64,000 bases of DNA, from positions 1,312,001-1,376,000 of the forward strand of contig CAVTBU010000005.1 of assembly GCA_963733035.1 (NCBI GenBank). Reading direction: 5' to 3'. Below are positions 61,052-64,000 of the stretch, piece after piece (the stretch's first letter is position 1; each line of letters starts with the position of its first letter). The notes beneath the pieces were generated by a model, which had not been told where the DNA came from, did no database searches, and saw only the letters and a program-made list of their open reading frames with translations. Source of the stretch: Pirellulales bacterium. Its GTDB lineage: Bacteria; Planctomycetota; Planctomycetia; Pirellulales; PALSA-1355. Both the position numbers and the translations under genes were made by a program.

Positions 61052-62974
61052 CTAGACTGACAATTCGTCCAGCAGTTCGTTTAATAGTTCGCCGTCGCCC
61101 ACGAGACCCGAAGCCGTCGGGGGTGCCAGCCGACTGCCTGGTGCCGAATCTAGCATTAGTGCCGCAAAGTACTGCTCGCGCGGTTGTAGACCCTTCGCGA
61201 TCGGTCCTTGCCCGGCCTCAGGTCGTGGTAGTGCGGAATCCGCCCAGGGCTTTACTCCCGGCAAAGCAGCCAGTGCCGAGGCAACCGCGGCGCGACTGCC
61301 GTCGTCCGCTGCGGTCGGAGCGGCGTCGGGCGCCGACGAAGATCCCCAATCAAGGACGCGCGTCAGGTAGCCGCCGTTGGTACGAGCGATGATTTGATCG
61401 CTCGCGTTGACCTGTCCATCTTTGTTGAAGTCGTAGGTGTTCGTAAGTGGCAGCGAGAAACCAGGATTGAGACGGGCCGCAATTTCGTCGCCCGCGTTGG
61501 TGGTGACCAGCGTCGGGGGTGAACCTTCGAAGTTGTCACCGATGCGATTGCCGTAGAAGAACACTTCACTCGTTGCGAGTCCCGTGTTGGTGTTAAAACC
61601 GCCGATCGCATCGTTCCCCTCGACGACGACCTGCAACCAACTGTTGGCGATGCTGCCGTCGGGCCAGGTGATTTCCACTCGATCCGATCCGCTGACCCCG
61701 GCGCCCGTGCGCACGGAAAATCCGCTGGGGGAGGCGGCTGGTACCCACGTGTTCACCGAGCCGTTCGTGCCGACGTTGAAGGTGAAGTCCGAGAGCGATA
61801 GCGTCGCGGGGGCGTTAACAATGTCGACCATCAATCCATTGATGCCCTTCGAGTAGCTGGAAAACGCCGACACGGGAGCCGTGCCGATTCCGTTGAAGGC
61901 AGCCTTATCCTGGGCAACCGCGCCGTCGTCCGACGCATCGATTCCGGTTCCGTTCCCATCGAAGCCAGAGTTATTGTAGAACAACCGTTCCGAAACCACC
62001 TGCGGCGCCAGGTCGGGCACAAAGCCGATTCCCGTTGGCGTGCCGATATTCGAAACCAATGTTTGGATGAAGGCGCCAGTGCCGGCATCGTACTGCTGAA
62101 TGGCGCCGTTCAAATTGTGGTCCGGAGACAATCCGACCAACAGGTTGCCACTCTCGTCGTACACCAGGCTGCTGGGTTGCGGCGGATAACCGGCCGACGA
62201 ACCCGTGCCTACCGGCGTGGTGAGATTGATGAACTGGCTGGTGCTGTCGGTGCCGACGTCGTACAGGACCACCTGATGGTGAGCGAGCGGGTCGCTGCCG
62301 AGCGTGATATCGCCGACCAGCACGTCGCCATCGGGGCGCACCAACACCGCGGCCGGGTTGATGCCGCTGAACTGTTCAATCCAGACCGTCTCGTTGCCGC
62401 CCGTGTCGTAGTGATTCAAGCCTTGATAATACAGGTCGCCCACCACCAGGCTGCCGTCCGTTTCAAAATCGAATCCCCCCGGGACGTAGCCCAGCGATAA
62501 CGTATCACTTTGTAGATACTGCTGCGTGGCCGAAGTGGTATCAAATTGAAAAATCGCGGCCGCGCCCAGGTCCGCGACATACAAGTGGCCGTTGGGTCCA
62601 AACCGCAAGGCCCCCGGCGCTTGCAGCGGCGCCGCATTCGCGTCTCCCGCGCCCAGTGCTCCCAGCAGGTTGCCCGCGGTGTCGTAGTGAAACACTTGTC
62701 CGGAAATCAAACTGCTCACATAAAACGACCCGTCGTCGGCCACGGCCATCCCTTGCACCATCCCCACCGTCGCGCTCGTCGAGACGCCGCCGGCAACGGG
62801 CTGGAATTGATCGTCGTAGCGCAGCACGCTGAGACCGCCGGTGTCATCGAACACACTGACCAGCATGTCACTGGTCAGCATCGTGCGGGTCTCGAGCAGC
62901 TCCAGGCGCGGGCTGTCGCCAACGCCGCCTGTCAACGAGGAATTCTGGCCAAACTTCGTGGTGCGTTTTTTCAT
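61052..62974 (-). CDS. Extracellular protein: planctomycete extracellular motif + NHL/beta-propeller repeats + C-terminal dockerin-like domain
   Basis: RLELLETRTML; repeats PGALRFGPNGHLYVAD; RLFYNNSGFDG..YSKGINGLMVDI; YDFNKDGQVNASD. Confidence 0.75.
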   Translation of the reverse strand: MKKRTTKFGQNSSLTGGVGDSPRLELLETRTMLTSDMLVSVFDDTGGLSVLRYDDQFQPVAGGVSTSATVGMVQGMAVADDGSFYVSSLISGQVFHYDTAGNLLGALGAGDANAAPLQAPGALRFGPNGHLYVADLGAAAIFQFDTTSATQQYLQSDTLSLGYVPGGFDFETDGSLVVGDLYYQGLNHYDTGGNETVWIEQFSGINPAAVLVRPDGDVLVGDITLGSDPLAHHQVVLYDVGTDSTSQFINLTTPVGTGSSAGYPPQPSSLVYDESGNLLVGLSPDHNLNGAIQQYDAGTGAFIQTLVSNIGTPTGIGFVPDLAPQVVSERLFYNNSGFDGNGTGIDASDDGAVAQDKAAFNGIGTAPVSAFSSYSKGINGLMVDIVNAPATLSLSDFTFNVGTNGSVNTWVPAASPSGFSVRTGAGVSGSDRVEITWPDGSIANSWLQVVVEGNDAIGGFNTNTGLATSEVFFYGNRIGDNFEGSPPTLVTTNAGDEIAARLNPGFSLPLTNTYDFNKDGQVNASDQIIARTNGGYLTRVLDWGSSSAPDAAPTAADDGSRAAVASALAALPGVKPWADSALPRPEAGQGPIAKGLQPREQYFAALMLDSAPGSRLAPPTASGLVGDGELLNELLDELSV

Positions 62975-63229
62975 GGAAGTCTCGTTCAGTTGGAAGGTGT
63001 GGCTCGCGGCCCTCAGAATTCCTGCCGACAGGAATGAATGTCCCTCGCCGAATTTTCTTGCACGGCGGCGAGAAAAAGCATATCCTCTAACATTCTTACG
63101 ATCGTAATAGTGTTAATCCCTGGCGACGGGCGATGCAAGGTGCCCGATGGAATATTTTTTCCACCCCGCCGCTCCTAAACCGCAATCGCCACTCAAGCGG
63201 CCCTATTGACCCGCGCGATGGACCCCGCC

Positions 63230-64000
63230 ATGCCCACTTCACGAAGTTGGAAGGCCACAATCGCGGGTTTCACAATGGTGGAACTGTTGGTCGTGATCGC
63301 GATCGTCGGCATTCTGGTGGGTCTGTTATTGCCGGCTATCCAAGCCGCCCGAGAAAGCGCGCGACGCACGGCGTGCGTGAATCATCTCAAGCAAATTGGC
63401 ATTGCCGCTCAGAATTTTCACGACGTCAATCGGGCGTTCCCGCCGGGAGCGGAATCGAAGCCGTATCCAAACGCTCCGTCGACGGCCTGGACCTTTTATC
63501 GCTGGTCGTCACTGGCGCATTTGGCTCCCTACTTGGAAGAGGGGAATGCCGTCAACCTGCTCGACTTGTCGGTGCCGCTGTATGGCACGACCTTTGGTGT
63601 CACTCCGCAGAATGTCGCCGGCGTGGCGCTGGTCGTCCCGTTGTTTCTCTGTCCGAGCGACCTGGCACAGGTCGTCTCGCCCGGTTTCGGACCGACGAAC
63701 TACGTCGCCTGCTCTGGCGCGGCGCGGATGGCGGAACGCCCTTCGACACCGACGGTGTCTTCTTCGTCAACTCGCGCGTCCGTTTGGCGCAGATTACCGA
63801 CGGCTCGAGTCACACGGCGCTGATGTCAGAAAGTCTGCTGGGAAACCCCAAGGGAACCCCGCTGGCGCGCGACCCGCAACTCGACTACAAGTACATCCTT
63901 GCGGCACCTTTGAATGAGAACTCCTGTAACATCTCTCCGCAATGGAACGTCTCGGACCCGCGCGGCTTTGCCTGGGTCAGTGGCGAATATCGTTGCGCTT
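63230..64000 (+). CDS. DUF1559 prepilin-type protein, apparent frameshift near 63718, runs off the window end
   Basis: [51 protein letters not shown]; second frame [19 protein letters not shown]. Confidence 0.88.

Overview
GC-rich bacterial chromosome window, almost certainly from a planctomycete (probably Pirellulales). This is inferred from two DUF1559 prepilin-like genes, a DUF1501/PPC/DUF1549-DUF1553/cytochrome c-WD40 operon and a 'LELLETRTML' planctomycete extracellular motif. Layout: end of a sugar ABC operon (1-2383); a minus-strand uvrA / GH2-like / moeB-thiF cluster; a ~28 kb co-directional surface-polysaccharide locus (7900-35935) headed by a NusG/RfaH/UpxY-type antiterminator. That locus encodes PglF/PglE/PglC-like initiation enzymes, an unusual nonulosonic-acid module (Gfo/Idh/MocA + SDR + NeuA-HAD fusion + short NeuB, no NeuC), a bcbEFG-like nucleotidyltransferase/kinase/HAD cassette, Wzx, Wzy/WaaL, several glycosyltransferases and amido-, acyl-, methyl- and carbamoyl-transferases. 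It is followed by csrA with a CsrA-site-like hairpin over its own Shine-Dalgarno, nucleotide-sugar genes, tadA, a TIGR03790-like gene, a DUF1559 gene with an abrupt GC switch, the DUF1501 operon, yjbQ, holB, three sigma54-linked hsp20 genes and a secreted propeller/dockerin-like protein. No rRNA, tRNA, CRISPR array or mobile element was recognised. Twelve apparent frameshifts all sit on GGCGC/GCGCC, which suggests methylation-linked long-read errors rather than true pseudogenes. All product calls come from motif recognition by eye; no database search was run.
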